64,000 nt of DNA. Origin: an uncultured Phycisphaerales bacterium (lineage in GTDB: Bacteria > Planctomycetota > Phycisphaerae > Tepidisphaerales > Tepidisphaeraceae). The position numbers were made by a program, and so were the translations under genes. Positions 53,867 to 64,000 of this stretch are shown here, in pieces; the stretch's first letter is position 1, and every line of letters begins with the position of its first letter. The notes under the pieces are model-generated. The model ran no database searches. It was not told the origin of the DNA and saw only the letters and a list, made by a program, of their open reading frames with translations. The DNA is taken from NCBI GenBank assembly GCA_963755915.1, contig CAVWLP010000002.1, positions 320,001 to 384,000 on the forward strand, written 5' to 3'.

Positions 53867-55480
53867 TCACCCTCGGTTGGCCAGCAGTGTTACCACGCTG
53901 TGGGCCGGCACGTCGATCGTATCCGCGGCATTCAGCGGGCCGTGCACGCCCAGGTTTTCGGTGTCCGACGTTATGTACATCATCATACTCGTCGGAAATG
54001 CCGACCCCGCAAACTGCACGCGCAGATGCTCCTCCGCGCCGTCGTTGATATAAACGATCGCGATCTGCCTTCCCGTGGGATCGATGTACGCAGTCCCCAG
54101 CATTCCCTCCGATATGGCCGGCCGGGTCTGCGGCAGATAGTGCCCGCTCAACTTTGGATCCGGAGGCAGCGGCGGATGCGCCGCGTCGTCTCGAAGCGCG
54201 ATCCGCTGCCAGTTGGGCCGAATGAACCGGCTATAGTTGCCCATCGCCCAGAGCATTTTCGACTCAATCACGTTTTCCGGATCGCCGGGCTTGTGCCAAT
54301 CGGTGTACAGCAAGCCGTCCTTGAAATCCGCGTTAGACACGGCCAGCCACCACTGCCACGCCGAGGCGTTCTCGTTGGCCATGCAGGCGTGAATCATCTT
54401 CGCCAACTCGATGGCTGATTTCATCGTCAAATCGCGTTTGGGCTGCATGATGCAGATTTCGCTCATCCACATTTTCCAATCCGCGTGCCCGGCCATCGCG
54501 TGGCCAATCGCCTTGGTTTCAAAGTCCAGCGCCCGCCCGTAGCTGGATCCATAGAGATGGTGGCAGAGCCGATACCCAAGCATCTCTCCCATGCCGGGAA
54601 TGGAAGTGAAATAATCGATGTAGTTCCCAAACTTCGCTCGATACCTTCGCGTGGCCGTCTCATCCGAATGAAGCATCGCCCCGGCCGTGTTACTCTCGGG
54701 AACGATGATGGCGGCCCGCAGCCCATCCGCGACAAGCTGACTGTGCAGCGCCACCACGACTCGCCGGATGCTGTCGTTGTCCATCCGGCACCCTTCCTGT
54801 CCGTTTTGCCAGCTCTCGCCCGGCTCGTTCACCGGGGAAACGTAATCAAAGTCGATCCGGCTGCGCGGATCATTCACAGCCCCGCTATCGCGAAAGTGCA
54901 AAAGAATATCCGCCAGGTATTTCGCGAATTGACCCTCGTAGCCTGATTTTAAATTGGTCGGCGCAGTTTTGTTCGAGCCCATGTTCGTCAGCCCGTTGAG
55001 GGTCATCCGGCCCGGTGGGCTGTTGACAAAAGCCAGGAACTGCTCCACCCCGCGCGCCTTGGCGGCCGCGAGAAACCACTGCTCGGCCCACTGCCGACGC
55101 CAGTCGTACTCGTCACGCCCGATTTCGAAAGTTTCTTCGCTGCGGATCGGATTCGCGATCGTCTTGTGCTGAACGCCCCCGCCGACGTTGAACCGCCAGC
55201 AGGAAAGCCCGATGCCGCTCGTCCGCGAAAAGAGTAGGTCGGCGATCTTCTCCTTGCTCGCCTCCGACCACCCTCCGAGCGCTTGCAGTGTCCAGGCCCC
55301 CGAAGCGCCAAAATTGTCGATCGTCTGAAACCGCGTCCCCGAATCGATCGTCGCCGTCACGTCCCCCATGCCCGCCGATGCGAGAATCGTGCAAAGCAAC
55401 AGAGCAGCCCCGAAAACGCCGCGCAGCCGCTTTGTCACAGTTCGTTTGATGAATGCCCGGTTCCGCCCGTCCGCCGACAT
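53867..55480 (-). CDS. Secreted glycoside hydrolase family 30
   Basis: QTIDNFGAS, GIGLSCWRFNVGGG, SPVNEP, WMSE, GNYSRFIRP. Confidence 0.85.
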   Translation of the reverse strand: MSADGRNRAFIKRTVTKRLRGVFGAALLLCTILASAGMGDVTATIDSGTRFQTIDNFGASGAWTLQALGGWSEASKEKIADLLFSRTSGIGLSCWRFNVGGGVQHKTIANPIRSEETFEIGRDEYDWRRQWAEQWFLAAAKARGVEQFLAFVNSPPGRMTLNGLTNMGSNKTAPTNLKSGYEGQFAKYLADILLHFRDSGAVNDPRSRIDFDYVSPVNEPGESWQNGQEGCRMDNDSIRRVVVALHSQLVADGLRAAIIVPESNTAGAMLHSDETATRRYRAKFGNYIDYFTSIPGMGEMLGYRLCHHLYGSSYGRALDFETKAIGHAMAGHADWKMWMSEICIMQPKRDLTMKSAIELAKMIHACMANENASAWQWWLAVSNADFKDGLLYTDWHKPGDPENVIESKMLWAMGNYSRFIRPNWQRIALRDDAAHPPLPPDPKLSGHYLPQTRPAISEGMLGTAYIDPTGRQIAIVYINDGAEEHLRVQFAGSAFPTSMMMYITSDTENLGVHGPLNAADTIDVPAHSVVTLLANRG

Positions 55481-55693
55481 GAATCCCTCGCACCGCAAAA
55501 AATCCCTGCTCCAACCACCCGTTTAATCGCATTGAAAATTACATGCGATCCATCGAACCAGAATATCCCCCGAAGTTCGCGGCGTTGCAAGAAATAAGTG
55601 CCCCGGCGTCCCCACCAGGCCAGCATGTAATTTACTTCGTCCCCCCGTTCTTTTCCTCACCCCTCACCCCCTCTACAATCGAAATACTGAAAT

Positions 55694-56593
55694 ATGCCCA
55701 TCACCCTCGAAATTCTCCCCAATTCCCCCGATGCCGGCCGTAAGCCCCCCTGGCTGAAGATGAAAATGCCCGCCGGCGAGGGCTTTACGCGCCTCCTCGA
55801 CCTGGTCAACACCCACAAGCTCCACACCGTCTGCCAATCCGCCAAGTGCCCCAACATGGGCGAATGCTGGCACGCCGGCACCGCCACGCTCATGATCCTC
55901 GGCGACGTCTGCACCCGAAGCTGCGGCTTCTGCCACATCGCCACGGGCCGCCCGCCCACCCTCGATCTCGACGAACCCCGCCGCGTCGGCGACGCCGTCC
56001 GCCTGATGGGCCTCAATCACATCGTCATCACCAGCGTCAACCGCGACGAACTCGCCGACGGCGGCGCCAACATCTGGGCCAAAACCATCCGCCAAATCCG
56101 CCTCCAATCCCCCGGCACCAGCGTCGAAGTCCTCATCCCCGATTTCTGCGGCGACTGGAACGCCCTGCAACTCGTCCTCGACGAAAAACCCGAAATCCTC
56201 AATCACAACCTCGAAACCATCCCCCGCCTATATTCAACTGTCCGCCCCCAGGCCAAATATCATCGCTCGCTCAAGCTATTACAGATCTCCAAACAGCAAG
56301 GCTTCATCACCAAAACCGGCATGATGCTCGGCCTCGGCGAAACCGATGCAGAAATCGACCAGGTGCTCGACGACCTGGTAGCCATCGGCTGCGACATCCT
56401 CACCCTCGGGCAATACCTCCGCCCCACCATGCAGCACCTTCCCGTCATTCGCTGGGTCCACCCCGACGAATTTGCCGATTGGAAAAATCGCGGCGAAGCA
56501 AAGGGAATCCGCCATGTGGAATCGGGGCCGCTGGTGCGCAGCAGTTATCATGCGGAGAAGCAGGTGAAGGCGCACGCGGGGGCCCAGCACTAG
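55694..56593 (+). CDS. lipA: Lipoyl synthase
   Basis: CQSAKCPNMGEC, CTRSCGFC, GPLVRSSY. Confidence 0.97.
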   Translation: MPITLEILPNSPDAGRKPPWLKMKMPAGEGFTRLLDLVNTHKLHTVCQSAKCPNMGECWHAGTATLMILGDVCTRSCGFCHIATGRPPTLDLDEPRRVGDAVRLMGLNHIVITSVNRDELADGGANIWAKTIRQIRLQSPGTSVEVLIPDFCGDWNALQLVLDEKPEILNHNLETIPRLYSTVRPQAKYHRSLKLLQISKQQGFITKTGMMLGLGETDAEIDQVLDDLVAIGCDILTLGQYLRPTMQHLPVIRWVHPDEFADWKNRGEAKGIRHVESGPLVRSSYHAEKQVKAHAGAQH

Positions 56594-56745
56594 CGATTCT
56601 TCTGCCGCCTTTTTCGCATGGCGCGCACGCGTTGAATTCGCCGTTCGATTATTGCCATATCCGCGTCAGAAAGGTGAAGGAACTCCTGCACGGTTCCAAC
56701 CTTGAATCCCGCCTTCTCGAGTTTTTTCCGCCTGGAGGTTTTCAT
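56590..56745 (-). pseudogene. 51-aa ORF resembling the N-terminus of XRE/HigA-like antitoxins, no HTH
   Basis: MKTSRRKKLEKAGFKVGTVQEFLHLSDADMAIIERRI... Confidence 0.5.
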
Positions 56746-56958
56746 CTGAGGTTTTCATCTTTCGACCAAATAAGGCTGTAACCAAATATTGTAGCCCATC
56801 ATCTCCTCTTGTCCCCTCCCCTGGTAATCCGGGGGAGGGCTAGGGTGGGGGCTGCCTGCGGTTATCGCAAAATATCACGACATCTTTACTGGCCTCCCCG
56901 CCGGAAAACGATAAGATTCCAACAAGGATTTATCTTGAAATGTTCATGGAGGAACATC

Positions 56959-58248
56959 ATGCCATCCACCCCCATCCGTTGCGCTCCTCTTCTTTTCCTC
57001 ATTAGCACACTGGCCTTCACCGCCTGCACCCCCCAAAAGCCCCAGGAATCCGCCCGACCCATCGACTTCCGCCAACCCCTCCCCGATGGCGCCGTCGCCC
57101 TTCGTAAGATCGATCCCAGCCAATACCCCGATTTCGGCGCCATGCAGGTGGATCCCGTCCGTCTCAGCGAATCGATCGATGGCAGCCTGAGATATCTCTC
57201 GGCCCCCAGCAGCCGCGCCTATTTCCCGTACCTGGATATCTCCCACGACCGCGCCGCCGCCACCCTCACCCGCCTGCGCGACATCTGCAACCAGATGATC
57301 GCCATGGGGCGATGGGATCCGACGTGGTTCAACCAGCAGATCTGCTCCAACTTCGAAGTCTACAAAAGCTACGGCGCGCCTTCACCCGATGGGATGGGCT
57401 ACACCGATCGCGTCCTCTTCACCGGCTACTGCACCCCCATCTACGACGCCAGCCTCACCCCCTCCTCCGAATTCCAGTGGCCGTTGTATAAGCTCCCCTC
57501 CGATCTCGTCCGTGATGCCATGTCCGGCCAGGTCCAGGGCCGCCGCACGCCCGACGGCCGCATCGTCCCCTACTTTACCCGTGGCCAGATTGAAACCGGC
57601 CACGTCCTCGCCGGCGACGAACTCGTCTGGCTCCGCAGCCGATGGGAAGCCTACGTCGTCACCATCCAAGGCTCCGCCCGCCTGCGATTGGTCGACACCG
57701 GCCAGATCAAAGAGATCGGCTTCGCCGGCACCAACGGCTACCCCTACACCAGCCCCGGCCTGCAAATGATCTCCGACGGCGTCATCACCCGCGACCAGCT
57801 CAGCCTTCGCGGCCTCTCCGAATTCTTTTCCAATCACCCCGAAATGATGGACCGCTATCTCCCCATCGACCAGCGCTACGTCTTCTTCACCGACCGCCCC
57901 GGCGGCCCCTTCGGAAGCCTCAACGTCCGCGTCACCCCGCTCGCCACCATCGCCACCGACAAGGAATCAAAAGACATCTACCCCCGCTCCATGCCCGCCT
58001 TCGTCACCACTTCAATCCCCGACCCCACGGATAACCAGATACACCCCTTAGCCAACTTCCTTCTCGACCAGGACACCGGCGGGGCCATCCGCGCCAGCGG
58101 CCGCTGCGACATCTACATGGGCATCGGCCCCGAAGCCCAATCCATGGCCGGCCACGAACTCCAGGAAGGCCAACTCTATTACCTGGCAATCAAACCAACG
58201 CTGATGCAGGAAACCGCCGATATTTCGCCCGCTCTGCCGCGAAATTAA
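56959..58248 (+). CDS. mltA: Membrane-bound lytic murein transglycosylase A
   Basis: Lipobox FTAC, FTGYCTP, IQGS, RYVFF, QDTGGAI, DIYMG. Confidence 0.88.
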   Translation: MPSTPIRCAPLLFLISTLAFTACTPQKPQESARPIDFRQPLPDGAVALRKIDPSQYPDFGAMQVDPVRLSESIDGSLRYLSAPSSRAYFPYLDISHDRAAATLTRLRDICNQMIAMGRWDPTWFNQQICSNFEVYKSYGAPSPDGMGYTDRVLFTGYCTPIYDASLTPSSEFQWPLYKLPSDLVRDAMSGQVQGRRTPDGRIVPYFTRGQIETGHVLAGDELVWLRSRWEAYVVTIQGSARLRLVDTGQIKEIGFAGTNGYPYTSPGLQMISDGVITRDQLSLRGLSEFFSNHPEMMDRYLPIDQRYVFFTDRPGGPFGSLNVRVTPLATIATDKESKDIYPRSMPAFVTTSIPDPTDNQIHPLANFLLDQDTGGAIRASGRCDIYMGIGPEAQSMAGHELQEGQLYYLAIKPTLMQETADISPALPRN

Positions 58249-58370
58249 GAACCCTCAAGAGGTGTCCCAGCGTTGCCTTATGCTCTAGCCGCGCCCCTCT
58301 CATTTCCATTCCCTGGTACCCCATGACGGCCTGACACTTTGTTTGAGTTCGAATACCAGTTGGCCGCTCT

Positions 58371-58749
58371 TTTAAAGACAGATGCAAATGCAATGCAAGG
58401 GAGGCGGGAGACAACCCATAAGGCCCCAAGTTTTTTCTCCCGCCTCCCCCGCACCCCCTCCACCCTCTTTCCCTTCCCCTAACCGTCCAAGGCGAAAGAC
58501 CATGTGCCGAGGTGTTTTGTTAGGAATTCGCACAACTCATCAATGTGAGCAGTACCGCACGCAATTGCAGAAGTACATCGTGCACGAATTTCCGGGGGGA
58601 GGGTTGAGGGGAAAAGGAAGGGGAGTGGGGTGGGCGCGGGAGGGGCGAGGGGGAAACTCTTGTCTTCGACCCTGAGCTCAGACCGAAGGGGGGGCCTTAT
58701 GTGGTTCCCCCTCGCCCCTCCTGCATTGCATTTGCATTTCGTCTTCAAA
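58371..58749. repeat. ~380-bp non-coding element with two inverted hairpin arms (copy 2)
   Basis: Colinear with 35269..35649. Confidence 0.88.
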
Positions 58750-58761
58750 TCGCGAAACCCA

Positions 58762-59097
58762 CTAATTCGCATGCTTCGCCGGCGGCCGATACTTCGCTCC
58801 ACCCGCCTTTTTGAACGCATCGACCCCTTCCGCCCAGGTGAGCAGCGGAGTGGTTCGATATTTATGTACTCCACCGCGCGCCGACACCGCCATCGTCAGC
58901 GCCGCCGCCGACTCGGCATCGGGAAGGTGTGCGATCCCCACAAAATCAAACTCTCCGAATGAGAGCCAGAACCCTTCCATCTTTCCGCCGAAGCTCTCGA
59001 TCAACTTGCGAACCACCACGGAGCGATCCTCGGGCTTCTGCACCATCGCCGCGATCGATTCGGACGTGTAACACCCCTGAAACATAAAAGTTGGCAT
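58762..59097 (-). CDS. GYD domain protein
   Basis: PEDR..VVRKLIESFGGK..FWLSFGEFD. Confidence 0.85.
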   Translation of the reverse strand: MPTFMFQGCYTSESIAAMVQKPEDRSVVVRKLIESFGGKMEGFWLSFGEFDFVGIAHLPDAESAAALTMAVSARGGVHKYRTTPLLTWAEGVDAFKKAGGAKYRPPAKHAN

Positions 59098-59143
59098 GCG
59101 TCCTTCCTTTCAATCTCCGCCCCATCTCCACCAACGAACTTAA

Positions 59144-59422
59144 TCACTTCCCATACACGCTGGCCAGCGCTTTCCCAGCCTCAGCGTCTTCAAGCACAGG
59201 AGTAACCTGAAATTCGAGCAGGTGTTCCCATTCGGCGACATGCTGGGCCAGAGCCGTAGCGTTATTTCCCTCGACAACGGCCCATCCGGTTGCCGAGCCA
59301 GGTGCGTGCCAACGCCCAATCATGGTCAGTCCCTTCGGAGTCGGGGCCCCGCCTTTCAGGAACGCCTCTGCCGCCGACTTGATGTTTCCAGGAGCAATCT
59401 TCCAGGCAAGCATATATTTCAT
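59144..59422 (-). CDS. DUF3303 family protein
   Basis: MKYMLAW..FLKGG..GRWHAPG..VTPVLED. Confidence 0.8.
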   Translation of the reverse strand: MKYMLAWKIAPGNIKSAAEAFLKGGAPTPKGLTMIGRWHAPGSATGWAVVEGNNATALAQHVAEWEHLLEFQVTPVLEDAEAGKALASVYGK

Positions 59423-60065
59423 GGCGCCGCTTGTATCGCAATTTTTTGGAACCGACAAGTCGGTCGCTGCTAAGTAGCAGACCTTGAGCCCGCCATGCGC
59501 GCCTTTATAGCCGCTTCGGTTTCCCACCGATAACACCATCTACCCCTTCGAATCGGATCACTCTTTTTCCGGGAACGCCCACGGACCTCGGCGAGTTTAG
59601 TCGAGCCGCCCCGCCATGGGGAATTCGGAAGCTCATGCCTGAGATCGAACTAACTGACGTAATTTCCCGTCCCTTGCGTGATCTTCATCGGCGTCCGCCG
59701 TGGGTGCCGCCCGTTTCCCCACCGGCGGAAGGTTTTGGATGGGGCCACCAGCTTCCGCCGCTGGGGACATCCAACGCCGAAATTGGCTCGCGACTTTCCT
59801 TATTTGGAGTTTCCCACCTGATATCATTGATATCACCAAAACCGTATACTCAAACCCCCCATCCTTCCCATTTTGTCGCGGACTGTAAAGTTTTGTATCG
59901 TAACCCCCCTCAGCAAAAAAAACCGCCTCCCCAAAAAACTTGCACATCCCACCACCCCAATACCCGACCGATAAAAGTTTAATGCCCCACCCTCGCGATT
60001 CCCTGCAACTTTGGTGATATGCTTCAATTAAACCTCTGGTATACATGGAGGTCTAGAGACTGGGG

Positions 60066-60803
60066 ATGCAGACCATGAAACGGATTGCCGCAATCACATT
60101 TTCGCTGATTCTTGCCATGACGCTAAGCGCATTCGCCGACACCGCCACCACCCAGCCCTCCGACCCGACTCTGGCCAACAAGCTGCAGCTTCAGGCCAAC
60201 GAGGCGATGGGTCGCGGCGACTACGCCGCCGCCGCCGTCCTTCTTCAGAAGGTCGAACAGCTTGTCTCCGACCAGCCCGACGTCCTCGGCCCCGTCATGG
60301 AGCAGCTCCGCGTCTGCCGAAAGCAGGTTTTGGCTGGGAATTCCAAGGGGGGTGGCAATCTCCAGAACTCCGTCCCCATGGCCGTCGATGGCGGCGCGCG
60401 TCATATCCACCCCATTCCCACACCCGGCCAAACCGTCGAATTGCCCATCAAAGAGCTCGGCAATTTCGATTACGACCCCACGGTCGGCGGCGGTATCCCG
60501 GGCGACGTCACCCGCATGGAAGGCTGCCATTTCAAGACCACCGGATATATGATTCCCCTCGACCAGGCCGAGAGCATTTCCGAGTTCGCCCTGGTCCCCA
60601 GCTTATTCGCCTGCTGCTTCGGTCAGCCGCCTCAAATTCAGCACACGATCGTGGTACACTGTCCCAAGAGCAAGGCGCTCGATTATTTCCCCGATGAACT
60701 GGTCGTCGAAGGAACCTTGCACGTGAAGGAAGACCGCGACGGCGGATTCATCGTCAGCATTTTCCAGATGGACGCCTCCAGCGTGAAGGCGGCGCCCCAG
60801 TAA
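60066..60803 (+). CDS. Exported DUF3299-like protein
   Basis: Signal peptide; GYMIPLD, FALVP..ACCFGQPP. Confidence 0.75.
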   Translation: MQTMKRIAAITFSLILAMTLSAFADTATTQPSDPTLANKLQLQANEAMGRGDYAAAAVLLQKVEQLVSDQPDVLGPVMEQLRVCRKQVLAGNSKGGGNLQNSVPMAVDGGARHIHPIPTPGQTVELPIKELGNFDYDPTVGGGIPGDVTRMEGCHFKTTGYMIPLDQAESISEFALVPSLFACCFGQPPQIQHTIVVHCPKSKALDYFPDELVVEGTLHVKEDRDGGFIVSIFQMDASSVKAAPQ

Positions 60804-60839
60804 TATTCGCGAGTAATGTTCGTGGAATAGACAGGACTC

Positions 60840-61433
60840 ATGAGCACAGCCAACCCCCCATCGATCACCCCCGCCGGGCTGACATATCAGCCCCGGCCCG
60901 TCGTCCGCCGCAAACCCTGGTCGCAGCGCCTCAACTGGCGGATACTCGTCTTCATCGCCGTCGTCTTCGTCCCCATCGTCATGGTCTTCGCCTGGTGGCT
61001 GGACGAATACGTCTCCGGCGGCATCCACGATTACGGCGCCTATAAAGAAGTCGACCTCAAGGCGATGAGCTCCTTCGACATGGACCAGATGACCGCCACC
61101 GAAAACGAAATCCCCGCCAAGTGGCGCGCCCTCGACGGCGACAAGATTCTCGCCGTCGGCGAAATGTGGGCCCCGCGCTCCGCCAGCAACAGCGACCGCC
61201 TCGACTATTTCCAGCTCGTCTATTCAAAAACCAAATGCTGCTTCAACGGCCCGCCCCTCGCCCAGCATTTCGTCGACTGCGACGTGGTCCCCAGCGCAAA
61301 GGTCTATTACTACGACGTGCCCGTCCGCGTGTGGGGAACCGAACACACCCGCATCCGCAGAGACCCCCAGACCGGCGTCATCAAGAGCATCTACCACTTC
61401 GATGTGGATAAGATCGAAGCGATCGACAACTGA
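60840..61433 (+). CDS. Membrane-anchored DUF3299-like protein
   Basis: TM; ALDG, GEMWAP, FQLV..KCCFNGPP. Confidence 0.65.
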   Translation: MSTANPPSITPAGLTYQPRPVVRRKPWSQRLNWRILVFIAVVFVPIVMVFAWWLDEYVSGGIHDYGAYKEVDLKAMSSFDMDQMTATENEIPAKWRALDGDKILAVGEMWAPRSASNSDRLDYFQLVYSKTKCCFNGPPLAQHFVDCDVVPSAKVYYYDVPVRVWGTEHTRIRRDPQTGVIKSIYHFDVDKIEAIDN

Positions 61434-61438
61434 TCAGT

Positions 61439-62649
61439 TTACTGCGCCATCGTCATCGGCGACACGGATGGCAACGTCGCCGGCGCTGATTGATCTGAAT
61501 CTGATGCCGGCTTGAATCCCGCCAGCGGCCCGCGCCCGCCGTCAAACAGCAGCAGCACCCCCAGCCACACCTGCACCGCCATCACCGCCACCAGCAAAAA
61601 TGAAAACATGCTCAGCACCACCCGGCTGCGCGGCGCAAAGCGCGTCAGCAGCGCCAGGATTAGACACAGCACGAGAATTGAAGCCCCGAAAACGATATGC
61701 AACCCTTCGGCGCCATCTTCGAATCGCGAATGTTATGCATCGCCCGCATAAAATGATCGCGATTGATGACATACGGCCAGGCCACCAGATAATCCCCAAA
61801 CCACAACCCACTGACGATCGCCGCCAGCGCAATCACCGCCGCCAGCACCCAAAATCTTGACGCCGGAACGCGCGGCCCGACTGGAATCTCATCCCCCGGA
61901 TCGTTCAGCGCCTGAAGCAGCGAGATCGGCTTAATATGCCCCTCCCGCTCCGCTGTCGCCGAAACATCCGTCCGGGGAATCCGCTGCACCAGAACCGTGT
62001 CTGTCGTCACTGCCCGGCGAATCGACAGTGCCAGCGCCGCCGCCGCCAGCGCAAACACAAACCCCGCCATGAGCGTATGAATCTCCCCCTGCGGCGCGAC
62101 ATACTCAATGCGATCCTCCAGATCGGCCGGCTTGGCCGGATGATCCGGCAGCGAACTCAGTCTTCCCGTCGTCGCGAAGTTCAGCCGAAACACCATCTCT
62201 CCCCCATGCCAGGCCCCATCCACCATGAGCCCGACCGCGATGAGAAGCATGACCAGCACCGGAATGCGCAAAATCCGCCGCCACGCATCCGAGCCCCCCA
62301 GCCACACCACCACGGCAAACAGCGCCAGCGCCGTCGCCGCGGAGTTGAGGATGATGTGATATTTCACGAACGTCCAGTCGGTCTGATCGAAATTGCTGCC
62401 CGCCTTGATATCCGCCCACGAATCCCCGCCGCTTCCGTGGGTCATCACGTCGCTGAGCGCGTAAACTCCGGTCGTGACCGCGGGAATCGCCAGCAGCGTT
62501 CCCATGAGAATCATCCATCGCCCCGCGATACGAAACGAGCTGTGACGATAGAGAAAGCTGAAAAGTTCGATGGTGACGCCCAGGATCAGCAGCGCCAGCG
62601 GAAAGTGGATCAGGCAGACGTGAAAATTAGGGATGATGAATTTGTCCAC
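61439..62649 (-). CDS. DUF2231-like polytopic membrane protein, frameshift near 61710
   Basis: FHVCLIHFPLAL, AWHGGEMVF; further TMs in 61439..61702. Confidence 0.7.
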
Positions 62650-62684
62650 GAATTCAAGCTCCTTGCATGGTTTGCTTCAGCGAG

Positions 62685-63845
62685 TCATCTTGCGGGATTC
62701 TTGTTCAAATCGTTCTTTGCCTGCTCGATCACCATAACCGTATAGGCGGTCACAAGCACGGGGTTGTCTTCCATCCATTTGCGCTGGCCGATGAAACTCC
62801 CATCCGGCCGCTGAAGCGTGGGAAGCTTTCGGATCAGCGCCACCCGCCAGTCATGCCGCACGCCATGATCGTCCACGATCACCGGCTCTCCATAAGCGGT
62901 CAGGGCCCGGGCCATCGTGTAGAAATAATAATACAAACCGCCCTGCGCGTTCTCCGGCCCCAGCGCTTCCATCCCCGGATTCTCATCGACGGTGAAATTC
63001 TTGCTGATCCAGTCCCACGCCGCTTTCACCCGCGGATCATCGTGCGACAGCCCCGCGTAAATCATGCTCTTCAGCCCCGCGTAGGTCATCGAGCCATAGC
63101 TGCGCAGCATCCGCCGCCCGCCGATGGCATATTCCCCCGCCGGTGAATTGCCCCCATTCGCCGGCGTATAAATGAATCCCCCATCATCTCCCGCCCACGG
63201 CTGATCGTTGGTCTCGGAAAAATTCTGGCACCGGCTGACAAACTTCAGCGCTGCCGCATACGCCGGATCGCTCGGACTCGCCCCCGCATCGTGCAGCGCG
63301 TCCAGCGCCATCTGAGTATTGCTCAAATCCGGCCGCGAGCCGCGCCCATATCCGAACCCCCCATATTTCACGTCCTTCTCGCCGGCCACGCGCAGTTGAT
63401 CAGGCACTCCCGCGATCTTGTCCGACCACTGAAGCTGATGCAGATAATCCAGCGCCTTCAGCATGGCCGCGCGATAATCCGGCCTCTTGGCATCCGCCAG
63501 CGCGCTGATTGAGATCGCCGTGTTGTAGCACGCCAGCGTATCCTTATAGATTCCCCCGTTCCCGACCTGATAGGAAAGCAGCTTCCCAAACCCGCCCTGA
63601 AGAAAGGACTGCGAGGCGTCGTATTTGGGATCGGCAAGAAAGGCGCGAAGCACCAGCGCCGTGATGCCCGGCGGGTCCGCCTCGTCCTGCCAGCCATAAT
63701 CCGGCTTCTGCTTCGATTTCAAAAAGGCCAGGGCCTTATCGACCGTCGCATCAGCCAGTTGGTTCGGGTCCTGGACATCCGCGCAGACGCCCTGGACCCC
63801 CGCAAAAATGGCCACCAACGCCACCAAAATCCCCAACCGTCTCAT
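62685..63845 (-). CDS. Exported prenyltransferase/squalene-oxidase-repeat protein
   Basis: Signal peptide; GGFGY, DLSNTQMAL, DGGFIY, QRPDGSF. Confidence 0.8.
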   Translation of the reverse strand: MRRLGILVALVAIFAGVQGVCADVQDPNQLADATVDKALAFLKSKQKPDYGWQDEADPPGITALVLRAFLADPKYDASQSFLQGGFGKLLSYQVGNGGIYKDTLACYNTAISISALADAKRPDYRAAMLKALDYLHQLQWSDKIAGVPDQLRVAGEKDVKYGGFGYGRGSRPDLSNTQMALDALHDAGASPSDPAYAAALKFVSRCQNFSETNDQPWAGDDGGFIYTPANGGNSPAGEYAIGGRRMLRSYGSMTYAGLKSMIYAGLSHDDPRVKAAWDWISKNFTVDENPGMEALGPENAQGGLYYYFYTMARALTAYGEPVIVDDHGVRHDWRVALIRKLPTLQRPDGSFIGQRKWMEDNPVLVTAYTVMVIEQAKNDLNKNPAR

Positions 63846-64000
63846 GGATGACCTCCGGTTTCGTGGAATGTCATAAGTTTATCGTACCCTCAGGTTTAGG
63901 GCGACGTGCGAAGCGCAAAAATTGCGCGAACAGGGGCATCTATCCGCATCGCCGGAGTTTTATGCGATGATATATCGGCATGATGACCCTGCGGCGAAAA

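Overview
GC-rich bacterial chromosomal window, most likely from Planctomycetota (Phycisphaerae/Tepidisphaerales-like). This is inferred from PEP-CTERM genes, an ECF sigma factor with a long C-terminal extension, a CxxCGYDLRA membrane protein and heptamer-repeat hairpins. The housekeeping backbone includes katG, cfa, tRNA-Leu(TAA), uppP, PIN/TRAM-ispD, rsgA, purF, carbonic anhydrase, gmhA, proB, an MCE/Mla-like operon with STAS and anti-sigma kinase genes, sthA, ilvN, a YmdB-like phosphodiesterase, SSS transporter plus GH30, lipA and mltA. About 20 single-base frameshifts, several in conserved genes, suggest unpolished long-read indels rather than pseudogenes. The 7.8-30 kb part is rich in mobile DNA: an IS21, a degraded serine-recombinase island at tRNA-Leu, an IS3, a full group II intron inserted in a REP-like palindrome plus a 5'-truncated copy, and an IS110/IS1111-type element. 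In that element all four putative bridge-RNA guide segments can be matched by eye to its own target and circle junction. Intergenic DNA carries several non-coding repeat families: a ~380-bp element with covarying hairpin arms, a ~27-bp hairpin nested in three other repeat families, and a structured element shared by two divergent promoter regions. All alignments and structures were done by eye; nothing was computed or searched.
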